A stretch of 64,000 nucleotides of DNA from an uncultured Chloroflexia bacterium (GCA_963810095.1 CAWEMM010000006.1:1152001-1216000); one strand, 5' to 3'; positions 33,586-43,434 are shown, numbered from the stretch's first letter. Made by a program: numbers and translations. Notes: a model not told the origin generated them from the letters alone.

Positions 33586-35035
33586 ATGAGAGTTTTATTG
33601 GCGAGCCCGGAATCGGGCGTGTGGACCTCGCGGAAGCATATCCCGCTGGGGCTGGGCTACCTGGCCGCGGTGCTGCGCGAGGCGGGGCACCCGGTGGCGA
33701 TCTACGACGCGGCCGTCGAGGATGAGCCGCTGGAAGACGGTCGTGCGCCGCGGCGGATACCAGATGCTCGGCATCACGGCGGCGACGCCGCTGATCAAAG
33801 ATGCCTGGAACATGGCAAAGGAAGGCAAGCGCCTGGGCATGATCACCGTGCTCGGCGGCCCGCACCTGACCCTGATGCCCGAGGAGTCGGTCGGCCCGGA
33901 GCATCCCGAGGTCGACTACGTCGTCAAGGGCGAAGCCGAGGAGAGCATCATCGAGCTGGTCGACGCGATCGAAGGCCGCCGCGCGATGGAGACCGTGCAC
34001 GGCCTCTACTGGCGCAAGAACGGCGAGATCGCCGTCAACCCGCCCTCCGGCCTGGTTCGGAACCTGGATGGCATCCCCTATCCCGCGCACGACCTGTTCA
34101 AGATCAACCGGTACACCAACCTGCAGCCGCTGACCGACGGGCTGGACACGAACGCCCGGGCGTTCACGATCATGACCAGCCGCGGCTGCCCGTACAAGTG
34201 CACCTACTGCTCGAAGCCGATCACGGGCGACACCTGGCGCGCCCGTTCGGTCGACAACGTGATCGGCGAGTGGCGCTGGTTGGTGCGCGACCTGCGCGCG
34301 ACCGAGATCGGGCTGACCGACGACATCTGGAACCTGAAGCTGGACCGGGCCAAGGAACTCTGCCGGCGCATCGCCGCCGAGGGCTTGAACACGGTGCCGT
34401 GGGTCACCGTCCATGGGATGAAGGTCAACCACGCCGATGCCGAGCTGTTCCACCTGATGAAGGCCGCCGGCTGCAAACGGGTCGGCTTCGGTGTGGAGAG
34501 CGGCGACCAGCAGATCCTGCGCAACGTCATCAAGAAGAGCCAGACGCTCGACATGGTGCGCAACGCGTTCAAGTGGTCGAAGGAGGCCGGCCTCCAGACC
34601 ATGGGCTTCTTCATCTTCGGCATGCCGGGCGAAAACGAAGAGACGATGGAGAAGACCATCCAGTTTGCACTCGAGCTGGACCCCGACCTGGCGAACTTCA
34701 TGCTGGCCACGCCCTACCCCGGCACGGAGATGTACGACGTCATCCAGAAGTACGGCAACATCTTCGCCCACGAGTGGGAGGACTTCGCGATCCACTCGGA
34801 CCACGCCCGCTTCTCCATGCCCGGCTACGATCCCGACATGGTCGTGAAGAAGTGGAAAGAGGCCTACCGCCGCTTCTACCTCTACCGCCCGAAGCGCGTC
34901 TGGCAAAAGGTGTCGAAGAAGAGTTTCTGGACCGAGCTGCCGAGCACCGTGTCGAATGCGAAGCGCTTCTTCGTGCCCGACAAGCCGGCCCAACCGGGCG
35001 CCCCGGCCACCATTCAGCCGGCGAATCGCTCCTGA
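33586..35035 (+). CDS. B12-binding radical SAM protein 5; frameshift near 33735
   Basis: [40 protein letters not shown]; close paralogue of protein 2 (shared YTNLQP.TD). Confidence 0.9.
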
Positions 35036-35155
35036 CGCCGTTCTGCTGCCGCCGCCACAGCCGCTCGCGCTCGACCGTGGCCGGGCCAAGCGGCTGAAGA
35101 TCAGGGTCAGGGGGGTGCAAAAGCTCGGCTCGTTGAGCCACTCACCCGCATCTCC

Positions 35156-35190
35156 AAGGCGCTCCGCCGGTGGCGGGGCGCCTTTTGTTT
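35156..35190 (+). terminator. Intrinsic terminator closing the radical SAM array
   Basis: AAGGCGCTCCGCC...GGCGGGGCGCCTT followed by TTGTTT. Confidence 0.7.
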
Positions 35191-35266
35191 GGCCCGGCGC
35201 TACCTGTGCCCGTTTCCTACGTAATACTGGTTGCAAGCATCCTGACTTAGCGAAAGGCACCAGACC

Positions 35267-36006
35267 ATGCGCCGGGCACTCGTCATCGTTCTCTCCTCCC
35301 TGCTTCTCTTTGCCGCCGGTTGTGCGCCCATCCTCTCTGCTGGACAACCTGTCCAGATCAAGGGGTCGGGCAAACTCGTCACCCAGGAGTTCACCTTTGA
35401 CAAGGCGGACCGCCTGCTGGCCGCGTCGAACTACCGCGTAACGCTAACCCCCGGCGACAAGGTCGCCGTGACGGTTACTGCCGACGACAACGTTATGGAG
35501 TACGTGTACGTGCACGTCTCAAACGGTGAGCTGCGGCTGGAGTTGAAGCCGGGCCGCGGCTACAACATGGACAAAGTTACCCTGAAGGCGGCGGTGACCA
35601 TGCCCGTCCCCGGGGCCGTGTCACTGCAGGACAACGCAGTGGTCGACCTCGGCAAAGAGCTGCCGCGAGCGAGCTGACGCTGAACTTGGCGGGTAACGGC
35701 ATCGTGATGGGCGAGATGATTTCGGCTGCGCGCCTGAGCCTGACCGGCAATGGCAACGGGCAGGCGCGGCTGAGCGGCGCCGCGGCCGAGCTCAAGCTGG
35801 ACGCCCGGGGCAACGCGATCGCCGCCTGCCCCGACCTGCAAGTGCACACTGCCGGCGTAACACTCCGCGAGAATGCCATGGCCGCGCTCCATGTCACCGA
35901 CAAACTGGACTACAACGTGTCGGGCAACGCGGGCCTCGTCTATACCGGCACGCCCCAGTTGGGCGAGCAGAAGCGCAGTGGAAACGCCACGGCGACTCAG
36001 AAGTAA
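35267..36006 (+). CDS. DUF2807 (GIN domain) lipoprotein; frameshift near 35665
   Basis: Lipobox FAAGC, IKGSG, TADDN, beta-helix repeats, SGNAGLVYTGTP. Confidence 0.8.
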
Positions 36007-36023
36007 GCCTGCCCATTAGGAAC

Positions 36024-36086
36024 CTAAACCAGTCGCCGCATGAAATTGCGGCCAGACCTTCGGGGTCTCGGAGACCCCGAAGGTCT
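36024..36086. repeat. CTAAAC-ended miniature repeat with AGACC...CCCCGAAGGTCT hairpin (family F)
   Basis: 36024..36065 is nearly the reverse complement of 57724..57764. Confidence 0.7.
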
Positions 36087-36262
36087 CCGGGGAGCTGTCA
36101 TCTCCTCCGACAGCGCGCCCAAGGCCACGACGGATTCCTGCAGCCGGGCTTCGCGCCGCTTCTTGTGCCAATATCGCGACAAATGGCCGATGACGCACGG
36201 ACCCCGCCTCGCTATACTCAGCTGCGACGTATTTAGTCATGGTTCATTGAAAGGAGCAAGGT

Positions 36263-36655
36263 ATGGGAGTTCTGATTGCGTTCTTGATCTCACTGATCGT
36301 ATCGGCCATCGTCATCTACATCGTGAGCAGGCTCAACTTGGGCCTGACGGTCAACAGTTTTGGCAGCGCGATTGCGGCGGCCTTCGTCATCGCCATCGTC
36401 ACTGCGATTCTGGTCTGGCTTCTGGGCCTGATCGGCGTCAGCCTGCCAACCGCCGGACTGCTGGGCGCGATCATTAACATCATCGTGGCCGCAATCGTCC
36501 TGATGATTGCCGACCGGTTCCTGCCCGGGATGCAGGTCAACGGCTTCGCGGGCGCGATCATCGCCGCGATTGCGATCGGCGTGGTCGCCTTTATCATCGC
36601 TTGGCTGCTCGGGCTGCTGGGCATCACTCTGCCGGCCGGCGCGGTCATCCCGTAA
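36263..36655 (+). CDS. 4-TM membrane protein (phage holin 4_2/YvlD-like family)
   Basis: Two internal repeats (V.SFGSAIAAA / V.GFAGAIIAA); AAAGGAG RBS. Confidence 0.8.
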   Translation: MGVLIAFLISLIVSAIVIYIVSRLNLGLTVNSFGSAIAAAFVIAIVTAILVWLLGLIGVSLPTAGLLGAIINIIVAAIVLMIADRFLPGMQVNGFAGAIIAAIAIGVVAFIIAWLLGLLGITLPAGAVIP

Positions 36656-36827
36656 CGCGCAAGCTGCTGGGGCGAACGGTGCGCGGTCCTCATGGGGGCC
36701 GCGCACTTTTGGGTAAGGCACCCCTGTTTCCCGCTGTCACAATCGAGCGATTCGGCGCGATAATGATCCCGACTCGCTGCACCCTCGCTTTGCCTGGTCA
36801 AAATCCCCGCGACTGGTCTATGAAGGG

Positions 36828-38519
36828 ATGGCTAACATGATCGAAAGGCCCTGGCTGGAGCACTATGAGCCCGGCTTGCCTCGGACGCTGCGCCCTTATC
36901 CCGAGTGCACCCTCCTCGACACCCTGACCGATACCGTGCGCCAGCGGCCCGACCACACTGCCCTGATCTTCAAAGGGACGCGCCTTTCGTATGCCCAACT
37001 AGAGCAGTTGTCCAACGCCTTTGGCGCCGCGCTCGTGGCGCAAGGCGTCCAGAAGGGCGAGCGGGTGGCGTTGTTGCTGCCCAACTCGCCCCAGAGCATG
37101 ATTGCGCAGCTCGGCGTCTGGAAGGCGGGCGCCATTGCAGCGCCCATTAACTCCTTGTACACCGAGCACGAGCTCGAGCATGCGCTGAACGAGATCGGCG
37201 CCGAAACCGTCGTCGTCCTCACCCCGTTCTACAGTAAGGTGAAGGCACTGCAGCCGCGCACGCAGGTGCGCCGGGTCATTGCGACCAATATCAAAGAGTA
37301 CCTGCCCGCTCACATGCGCCTGCTGTTCACCCTCGCCAAGGAGAAGAAGGAAGGACATCGCATCCGGCTGCAGGTGGGTGACCTGTGGTGGCGCGACCTG
37401 ATGCGCGAGCATGCCCTTGCGCCGCGGCCCGCGGTGCCCATCGCCATCGATGACCCCGCGGTCCTCCTGTTCAGCGGCGGCACCACGGGTACGCCCAAGG
37501 CTGCGCTGGGCACGCACCACAAGCTCCTCATGTCGGCCATGCAACTACACGCGTACGGCAGCACGGCGCTGGCCGACTGGGACGACACCATTACGCTGGT
37601 CATGCCCATGTTCCACGTGTACGGCAATATGGCCTTTAACACGTCGCTCGTCGCCCATTGGCCGATGGCGGTCGTGCCCAATCCACGCGATATCGACGAC
37701 CTGGTGCAGACGATCCTGAAGGTGCGCCCCGCCGTTCTGCACGGCGTCCCCACCCTGTTCATCGCGCTGCTCAATCACCCCAAGGTGAAAGCCGGCCAGG
37801 TGGATTTCAGCTGCATGAAAGTGTGCTACGCGGGCGCTGCACCGCTCCTGGTCGAGACCAAGCGGCGGTTTGAGGCCCTGACCGGCGGCTGGCTGCTCGA
37901 CGCGTACGGCATGACCGAGACCATGCTGGCAGCGGTCGTTTGCCCGGTCCATGGCGAATACAAAGAAGGGTCCATCGGCATTCCCGTACCGGACGTCGAC
38001 GCCCGGATCGTCGACGTCGACACCGGGCAGCAAACGCTGCCGTGCGGGGAGATCGGCGAGTTGTGCATCAGCGCGCCGCAAACCATGGTCGGCTATTGGG
38101 GCCGCCCGGCCGAGACCGCGGAGATGATCCGTGATGGTTGGGTCTACACGGGCGACCTGGCGTACATGGACGAGGACGGTTACATCTTTATCGTCGACCG
38201 CAAGAAGGACCTGATTAAGCCCGGCGGTTTCCAGGTGTGGCCGCGTGAGGTCGAAGAGGTGCTGGCGGCGCACCCCGCCGTCGCCGAGGTGAGCGTGGCG
38301 GGCGTGCCCGACGAGTACCTGGGCGAAGCAGTCAAGGCGTGGGTGGTGCTGCGCCCGGGCGAAAGGGTCACAGTCGACGCACTGCGCGCCCACTGCAAGG
38401 AGCGGCTGGCCGCGTACAAGGTCCCGAAACAGATCGAGTTTCGTGACACGCTGCCGAAAACCATGGTCGGCAAGGTGCTCCGTCGGGTGCTGGCCCAGGA
38501 GGAGGGCCGCCAAAACTGA
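36828..38519 (+). CDS. Long-chain-fatty-acid--CoA ligase
   Basis: FSGGTTGTPK, YGMTE, TGDLA, DRKKDLI, LPKTMVGK. Confidence 0.92.
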   Translation: MANMIERPWLEHYEPGLPRTLRPYPECTLLDTLTDTVRQRPDHTALIFKGTRLSYAQLEQLSNAFGAALVAQGVQKGERVALLLPNSPQSMIAQLGVWKAGAIAAPINSLYTEHELEHALNEIGAETVVVLTPFYSKVKALQPRTQVRRVIATNIKEYLPAHMRLLFTLAKEKKEGHRIRLQVGDLWWRDLMREHALAPRPAVPIAIDDPAVLLFSGGTTGTPKAALGTHHKLLMSAMQLHAYGSTALADWDDTITLVMPMFHVYGNMAFNTSLVAHWPMAVVPNPRDIDDLVQTILKVRPAVLHGVPTLFIALLNHPKVKAGQVDFSCMKVCYAGAAPLLVETKRRFEALTGGWLLDAYGMTETMLAAVVCPVHGEYKEGSIGIPVPDVDARIVDVDTGQQTLPCGEIGELCISAPQTMVGYWGRPAETAEMIRDGWVYTGDLAYMDEDGYIFIVDRKKDLIKPGGFQVWPREVEEVLAAHPAVAEVSVAGVPDEYLGEAVKAWVVLRPGERVTVDALRAHCKERLAAYKVPKQIEFRDTLPKTMVGKVLRRVLAQEEGRQN

Positions 38520-38700
38520 ACTGCCGGCCGCCTTAGCGCGTGCAGAAGAGAGCACTTCGAGTCTATCCGAAAGTGCTCTAGCGGTCTCGTACGCCAGCTT
38601 GGCTGGCGCCCGGGCCACACGGGGCACGGTCAGACATCGGCCCCAGCTAATTCTCGGATAGATACTTCATCTGGAAGTCAAATCTTCGTCGACAAATATA

Positions 38701-38729
38701 TTGTATTTCATTTTCAGATGTGCTATGAT
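38701..38729 (+). promoter_or_regulatory. Sigma70 promoter in AT-rich island
   Basis: TTGTAT-17-TATGAT with extended TG. Confidence 0.6.
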
Positions 38730-38772
38730 TCCTCCCAATAAATAATATTCTCTTCGTAACCAGGAGGAACAC

Positions 38773-39849
38773 ATGGGCATCTTCACCAACACCCGCGTGG
38801 CTCCCACCATCGTCGTGGCGGAAGCAAGTCCCCTTGTCGAGCTTCTGCCCGGCCTCGACCTGGCAAAGTTCTACACCGAAAACACGGGCCTGGCGCCCGA
38901 CCCCAACTATTTCGGCGTGTACGCAGTGCAAGCGATCGGCACCACCCTCTATCTCGGCATCGGCACCGCGCGGCCGGCCGAGGCCAACGGCGCGCTGCTG
39001 GTGAAAACGGATGGCACCACGCTGAAAGCGGTCAAACAGCTCGACGAGCAGGGCTTTGTAGACATGCGTGCGGGCGGCAGCACCCTCTACATCCCCGGTG
39101 TGGATCCCCTCGAAGACTGGAGCATGGGTGAGATCTATGTCGGCAATCCGCCCGACGCGGTGAGCAAACACCGGGACATGCCGAACGTCATCCACACCTG
39201 GGGCCTCGATCCCCAAACGGACAAGGGACGGCTGTACGCCGCCGTCGGAATGCACGCGGGCGACAACCAGACCTTCTACGGGGGCGTGTTGATCAGCGAC
39301 GACGACGGCGACTCGTGGAACGTGGTCGCCGACCCGCGCCACACCCTCGGCGCGTATCGCACCTATGACATCCGGCAGTTCTGCGGCAAACTCTACGTGA
39401 CGGCGAACGACGATTACGAGAAGGCTTCGCAGTTGGCGGTGAGCAGTGACGGTGGGGCGACTTGGAAGCGCATCCGCGTGTCGGTCGAGAGCCGGCCGCG
39501 CCTGCTTGCAGGACGCGATTATCTCGCTGCGCTGGCCTGGGGGCGCGACGGTCTGCAGCTTGTGACGCCGGGGGGTAAGGTCACGAAGGCCCGTTTCCCC
39601 GGCTTCTACGCGGCCGACTGGGCCTATAACTATATCTGCGCGGGCTACGGGGGTTGGTACTATCTCCTCGCCGACGCCGGCCGCCTGTACAACTCGCGGG
39701 ACCTCAAGACCTGGACGCTGGTCGCCGATACCGGCCTCACCTTGCTGGGCGTTGGCTACTGGCAGTCGGGCAACAAGCTGATCGTCACCGACCGCGGCGC
39801 CGGCGCGAGCATCTACGCGCTCGACCTGGCAACTTACGGCGCGGTATGA
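38773..39849 (+). CDS. Hypothetical beta-propeller protein with Asp-box (BNR) motifs
   Basis: SDDDGDSW, SSDGGATW, SRDLKTW; AGGAGG RBS; no signal peptide. Confidence 0.7.
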   Translation: MGIFTNTRVAPTIVVAEASPLVELLPGLDLAKFYTENTGLAPDPNYFGVYAVQAIGTTLYLGIGTARPAEANGALLVKTDGTTLKAVKQLDEQGFVDMRAGGSTLYIPGVDPLEDWSMGEIYVGNPPDAVSKHRDMPNVIHTWGLDPQTDKGRLYAAVGMHAGDNQTFYGGVLISDDDGDSWNVVADPRHTLGAYRTYDIRQFCGKLYVTANDDYEKASQLAVSSDGGATWKRIRVSVESRPRLLAGRDYLAALAWGRDGLQLVTPGGKVTKARFPGFYAADWAYNYICAGYGGWYYLLADAGRLYNSRDLKTWTLVADTGLTLLGVGYWQSGNKLIVTDRGAGASIYALDLATYGAV

Positions 39850-39927
39850 CGCTGCGGCTTTGGTGAGGGCGGCCCCCAGACGCTTGGCTTCGCACGAAGG
39901 CTCGATCTGTCGGGGGCCGCCCGGCCT

Positions 39928-41463
39928 TTACTGCGCCGTCGTCCCGTTCGAATAGACCCACTCGTTGAAAAGTTGGTCGAGGTTCTGGCCCGCGATCTGG
40001 CTGGCCAGGGCCTGGAACTCCGCGGGCGTTGCGATGGTCCACTGGCGCTCGCGCGCCCATGTCCGTAGCAAAGCCTGGAACTTCGCGGGTCCCATCAGGT
40101 CACGGAGGGAAGCGAAGAACAGCGCCCCCTTGCCATACACCAACGTTTCGTAGTCCTGCTTGTAGTCCCACACGGGCATCCCGATGGGTTGGTCCGCGTT
40201 GCGCCGCTTAATGCTCGCGATGGGCAGTTCCCAGCGCCGCGCGCGCAAGTTGTCGGCAACCCCCTCGCCATCGTGCAGCCGGTAGTAGTCATACATGGAG
40301 AACTCCGCCAGGCCCTCGTCGAGCCAGGGCGTGCGCACCTGGTCGCTGCCCACCAGGTTGTACCACCATTGGTGGGCGACTTCATGGACGACCCGATCCA
40401 CCAGGTCCTTCTGATACCTGTCGTACGTCTGGCTGCCGATGATGCCCAGCGAAGGAAACTCCATGCCCTTGAACGTCAGGGGCGCCTGGACGATCGACAA
40501 ATCGCGGTAGGGATAAGGGCCGTACTGGTCGGTGTAGATCTCGAGGGCGGCAGCCGCCGCGTACAGCGCGCTCTTGCCCGCCTCGGCGTTCGCCCCGGTG
40601 AAGTAGGAGCGCACGCGGGTGCCCAGCGCCTCGACCTCGAGCGATTGGAACTGGGGGCTCATCAGGGCGGTGAACTCACGGGCCGGCCCGAGGGCGTAGC
40701 GAGCGGTGGTCCAGCCCGCCTCTACCGTGCGCGTTACCTCGGTGCCGGTGGCAACGAGCACCTGGTCGGAGGGGTAGGTGAGCGCCACGTTGTAAAGCGA
40801 TGCGTCCGCAAAGCCCACGTCGCCCTGCGGGTGGGGCACGTCGAGCGCCCACTCGTCCCCCCGCCGAGCCGCCAGGATCGGATAGAAGTTCGTCAGGCTC
40901 GTCGTGTCCTCGTTGATCCCGAAGATCGTATACTCGCCGGGCTGCGACCGGTGGACGATCTCGCCCTGGTAGGTGAGCGCCACGTGCACCCGGCTGCCCG
41001 GCTTGGCGGGTTCGGGCAGCACCAGCTGGACGGCCGTGCGGCCGGCCGCGGGCGCGAAATTGACCATCTTGCCGTCAACCCGTGCGCCCGTCAGGTCGAG
41101 CTTCCCGCCGAAAAACTGTAGGTTGGGGTAGGTGCGGAAGTAAATGTCGGCCAGCGGCAGCGTGGACGACACGGTGAAGTCCACGTCCAGGGTACCCGTA
41201 TAGGCCCGGTTCGCGGGGTCGATCCGGGTCGTGATGCTGTAGAACGGCATGGCGCTCAAGCGCTCGTCCGGCACGGCATAGCCCGGGCTCCAGGTCTGGC
41301 GGATCTCTGCGAAACGATCCGGTCCGCGCTGCAGCAGGCTGCAGCCCGCCAGCAGGCCCAGGCACAGCAGCGAGGCCGTCACGATGGCCAGCAGTGCCGG
41401 GCGAAGAGCGGAACCATGCGAACGCCGCGGCAGGCAAGGCGCACCGCCGGCAACCTGGTGCAT
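39928..41463 (-). CDS. M1-family metallopeptidase, lipoprotein
   Basis: LLAGC lipobox, GMEFP, HEVAHQWW, WLDEGLAE, VYGKG. Confidence 0.92.
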   Translation of the reverse strand: MHQVAGGAPCLPRRSHGSALRPALLAIVTASLLCLGLLAGCSLLQRGPDRFAEIRQTWSPGYAVPDERLSAMPFYSITTRIDPANRAYTGTLDVDFTVSSTLPLADIYFRTYPNLQFFGGKLDLTGARVDGKMVNFAPAAGRTAVQLVLPEPAKPGSRVHVALTYQGEIVHRSQPGEYTIFGINEDTTSLTNFYPILAARRGDEWALDVPHPQGDVGFADASLYNVALTYPSDQVLVATGTEVTRTVEAGWTTARYALGPAREFTALMSPQFQSLEVEALGTRVRSYFTGANAEAGKSALYAAAAALEIYTDQYGPYPYRDLSIVQAPLTFKGMEFPSLGIIGSQTYDRYQKDLVDRVVHEVAHQWWYNLVGSDQVRTPWLDEGLAEFSMYDYYRLHDGEGVADNLRARRWELPIASIKRRNADQPIGMPVWDYKQDYETLVYGKGALFFASLRDLMGPAKFQALLRTWARERQWTIATPAEFQALASQIAGQNLDQLFNEWVYSNGTTAQ

Positions 41464-41517
41464 GAAGACCTCCGGGGAAACAAGTACTATCTTCTGGCCG
41501 AGTATAGCACAAAACTA

Positions 41518-41546
41518 TTGACAAGGAAATGTATATATCCTATAAT
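41518..41546 (+). promoter_or_regulatory. Perfect consensus sigma70 promoter for the LysM gene
   Basis: TTGACA-17-TATAAT. Confidence 0.85.
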
Positions 41547-41609
41547 TGCAAATAGCATATACTTGACGAGCAGGGTGATTCACACGCATCGTGGCGAAAG
41601 GAGCCGGCC

Positions 41610-42296
41610 ATGTCATTCTTGAAGCCCGCTTACGGAAGCATTCTGGTCACCGTCATTGTTCTCGCGTTGGCCCTCGTTGCGGGGAACGCAGTCGGTCAGG
41701 TGCAGGCCGCTCCGGTGCGTGCACCGCTTGCCGCGCCGCATGCCGAATCACAGGGCGCTGTGGGCGAAGTGAGCGGTACGGCGCTGCCCGGGGATGCCGT
41801 TCGGGTGACGCAGGGTGACGCCTTGATTGGCGAGACGACTGCGGGGAAAGACGGCGCCTGGCAGGTGCCCATTCCCAAGACGGCCTCGGCCACCGCGCCG
41901 TATCACGTGCAGATCTTGCCCGCCGCGCAGCGCGGCGCGGCCCCCGAAGAGCCGGTTTCGATCGTCGTCATCGTGGTAGTCGGCACGAACAAGGTCGAGG
42001 TGCGCGTCCAGGTCATCTCGCCCAACGGGCAGGTAGACATCGAAGTGCAGGTGCCGATCAACCCGCCGTGCGAGACGGAAGGCGCGAAGACCCAGGCACA
42101 GGACGCCGCAACCCAGGCACAGCCAACCGCTGAAGCAGCGGCCGCGCCGGTCTATCACCAGGTCCGGGCCGGCGAGACGCTGGCGATCATCGGGGCGCGC
42201 TACGGCGTCTCACCGCTGGCCATCATGCAGGCCAACAAGCTGCGCAACGCCAACCTGATCTTTGTCGGCCAGCGCCTCCTCATCCCTGCACGATAA
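41610..42296 (+). CDS. Secreted protein with C-terminal LysM domain
   Basis: Signal peptide; [20 protein letters not shown]...ANKL...[10 protein letters not shown]. Confidence 0.9.
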   Translation: MSFLKPAYGSILVTVIVLALALVAGNAVGQVQAAPVRAPLAAPHAESQGAVGEVSGTALPGDAVRVTQGDALIGETTAGKDGAWQVPIPKTASATAPYHVQILPAAQRGAAPEEPVSIVVIVVVGTNKVEVRVQVISPNGQVDIEVQVPINPPCETEGAKTQAQDAATQAQPTAEAAAAPVYHQVRAGETLAIIGARYGVSPLAIMQANKLRNANLIFVGQRLLIPAR

Positions 42297-42303
42297 TCCC
42301 GTT

Positions 42304-42362
42304 CTCCCACGCGCGAACGTGTCCGGCGGTTTAGAACCGCCGGACACGTTCGCGCGTGGGAG
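42304..42362. repeat. Perfect 28-bp inverted repeat with 3-nt loop
   Basis: CTCCCACGCGCGAACGTGTCCGGCGGTT-TAG-AACCGCCGGACACGTTCGCGCGTGGGAG. Confidence 0.85.
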
Positions 42363-42505
42363 GTGACACCAAAGTGGTCACATTTGTATGTAGCGAGTTC
42401 CGCTCTATTCCAATATTCGCTGATTTTCGCCGTTACTGAACGCGCGGGCCGTCGTCTTGTAGAGTAGGTGACAGGGACCTACGGATAACTACAGGAGAAG
42501 GACCG

Positions 42506-42811
42506 ATGAAGAAAATGGTGATGATTGGGATCGTGGTCGTGGTGGTCCTCGCCATGGCCGTTCCGGCTGCATTTGCACAAGCGCCGCTGCCGCCCAACAA
42601 CACGACCGTGAAAGTCAACGGCTGGCACAACAGCGGGACCGTCATGATCCAGGGCTGGGGCAACAACACCAGCCTCTACTACGGGCGGTACAGCAAGTGG
42701 AACTCGGCCGTCATCGGCGTGAACGGCTGCGGAAACAACACGAGCGTAAAGTTCGGGAAGAAATCGGGGGGCAACCGCGTCGTCGTGGGCGTGATGAGCC
42801 CCTGCCCGTGA
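42506..42811 (+). CDS. Small secreted Asn/Gly-rich repeat protein (curlin-like)
   Basis: AGGAG RBS, Sec signal ending AFA, GC3-rich codons, periodic N-x7-G-xx units. Confidence 0.8.
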   Translation: MKKMVMIGIVVVVVLAMAVPAAFAQAPLPPNNTTVKVNGWHNSGTVMIQGWGNNTSLYYGRYSKWNSAVIGVNGCGNNTSVKFGKKSGGNRVVVGVMSPCP

Positions 42812-43005
42812 TCTGTAAATCGCGCGCCTTCCGGGCTCGGCTACCCGAGTTTGCGAAATGACAGGCATCCTGTCCCTGAGTCACCTGACATCGGCCCCGT
42901 AGCCTTCATCGCACCCTTGCCGATGCGCCCATGGCCTGCGGCGGCGCGCTAATGCCGGCCCCGAGCCTCTTCCCGGCCAGCCCGCGAAGAAGCCCGGGGT
43001 CGCTT

Positions 43006-43076
43006 CATTCCTCGCTTGCACCACCCATCCCCCCTTGCACTACTCATTCCCCGCTTGCACACCCCGGTGCTATAAT
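43006..43076 (+). promoter_or_regulatory. gatC promoter: extended -10 preceded by three direct repeats
   Basis: TGCTATAAT ending at 43076; CATTCCYCGCTTGCAC-like units at 43006, 43026 and 43045. Confidence 0.6.
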
Positions 43077-43125
43077 GAACCCCGTTTCAGGCCACAACGA
43101 ACCGCGCCGGGATGGAGCTTATCGC

Positions 43126-43434
43126 ATGCCACTTTCGCTAACCGAAGTCGAGCACGTCGCGGAGCTGGCGCGCTTGAGCCTCACCGATGAGGAGAAGGCC
43201 CTCTTCCGCGAGCAGCTCTCGGCAATCCTGGATCACGCGGCTGTCCTGCAGGGGGTCGACACGTCGGCCATTGCACCGACGGCCACCGTCCTGCCGCTGC
43301 GCAACGTCATGCGCGAGGACGAGGCCCGCCCGTCGCTGCCCCAGGAAGACGTGCTCGCCAATGCGCCGGACGCCCGCGACGGGTTCTTCGCCGTTCGGGC
43401 GATCCTGCGGGCAAGCGGCCGGAAGACGCCATGA
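43126..43434 (+). CDS. gatC: Asp/Glu-tRNA amidotransferase subunit C
   Basis: [11 protein letters not shown]...NVMRED...LANAP...FFAV. Confidence 0.95.
   Translation: MPLSLTEVEHVAELARLSLTDEEKALFREQLSAILDHAAVLQGVDTSAIAPTATVLPLRNVMREDEARPSLPQEDVLANAPDARDGFFAVRAILRASGRKTP

Noticed and set aside
35100-35156. tmRNA/tRNA-like fragment (GGGGGTGC...GCATCTCCA)
   Set aside because: Too short, with no T-loop or tag ORF.
36263-36655. Prophage suggested by a holin-family gene
   Set aside because: This 4-TM family is common on chromosomes, and no other phage genes are nearby.
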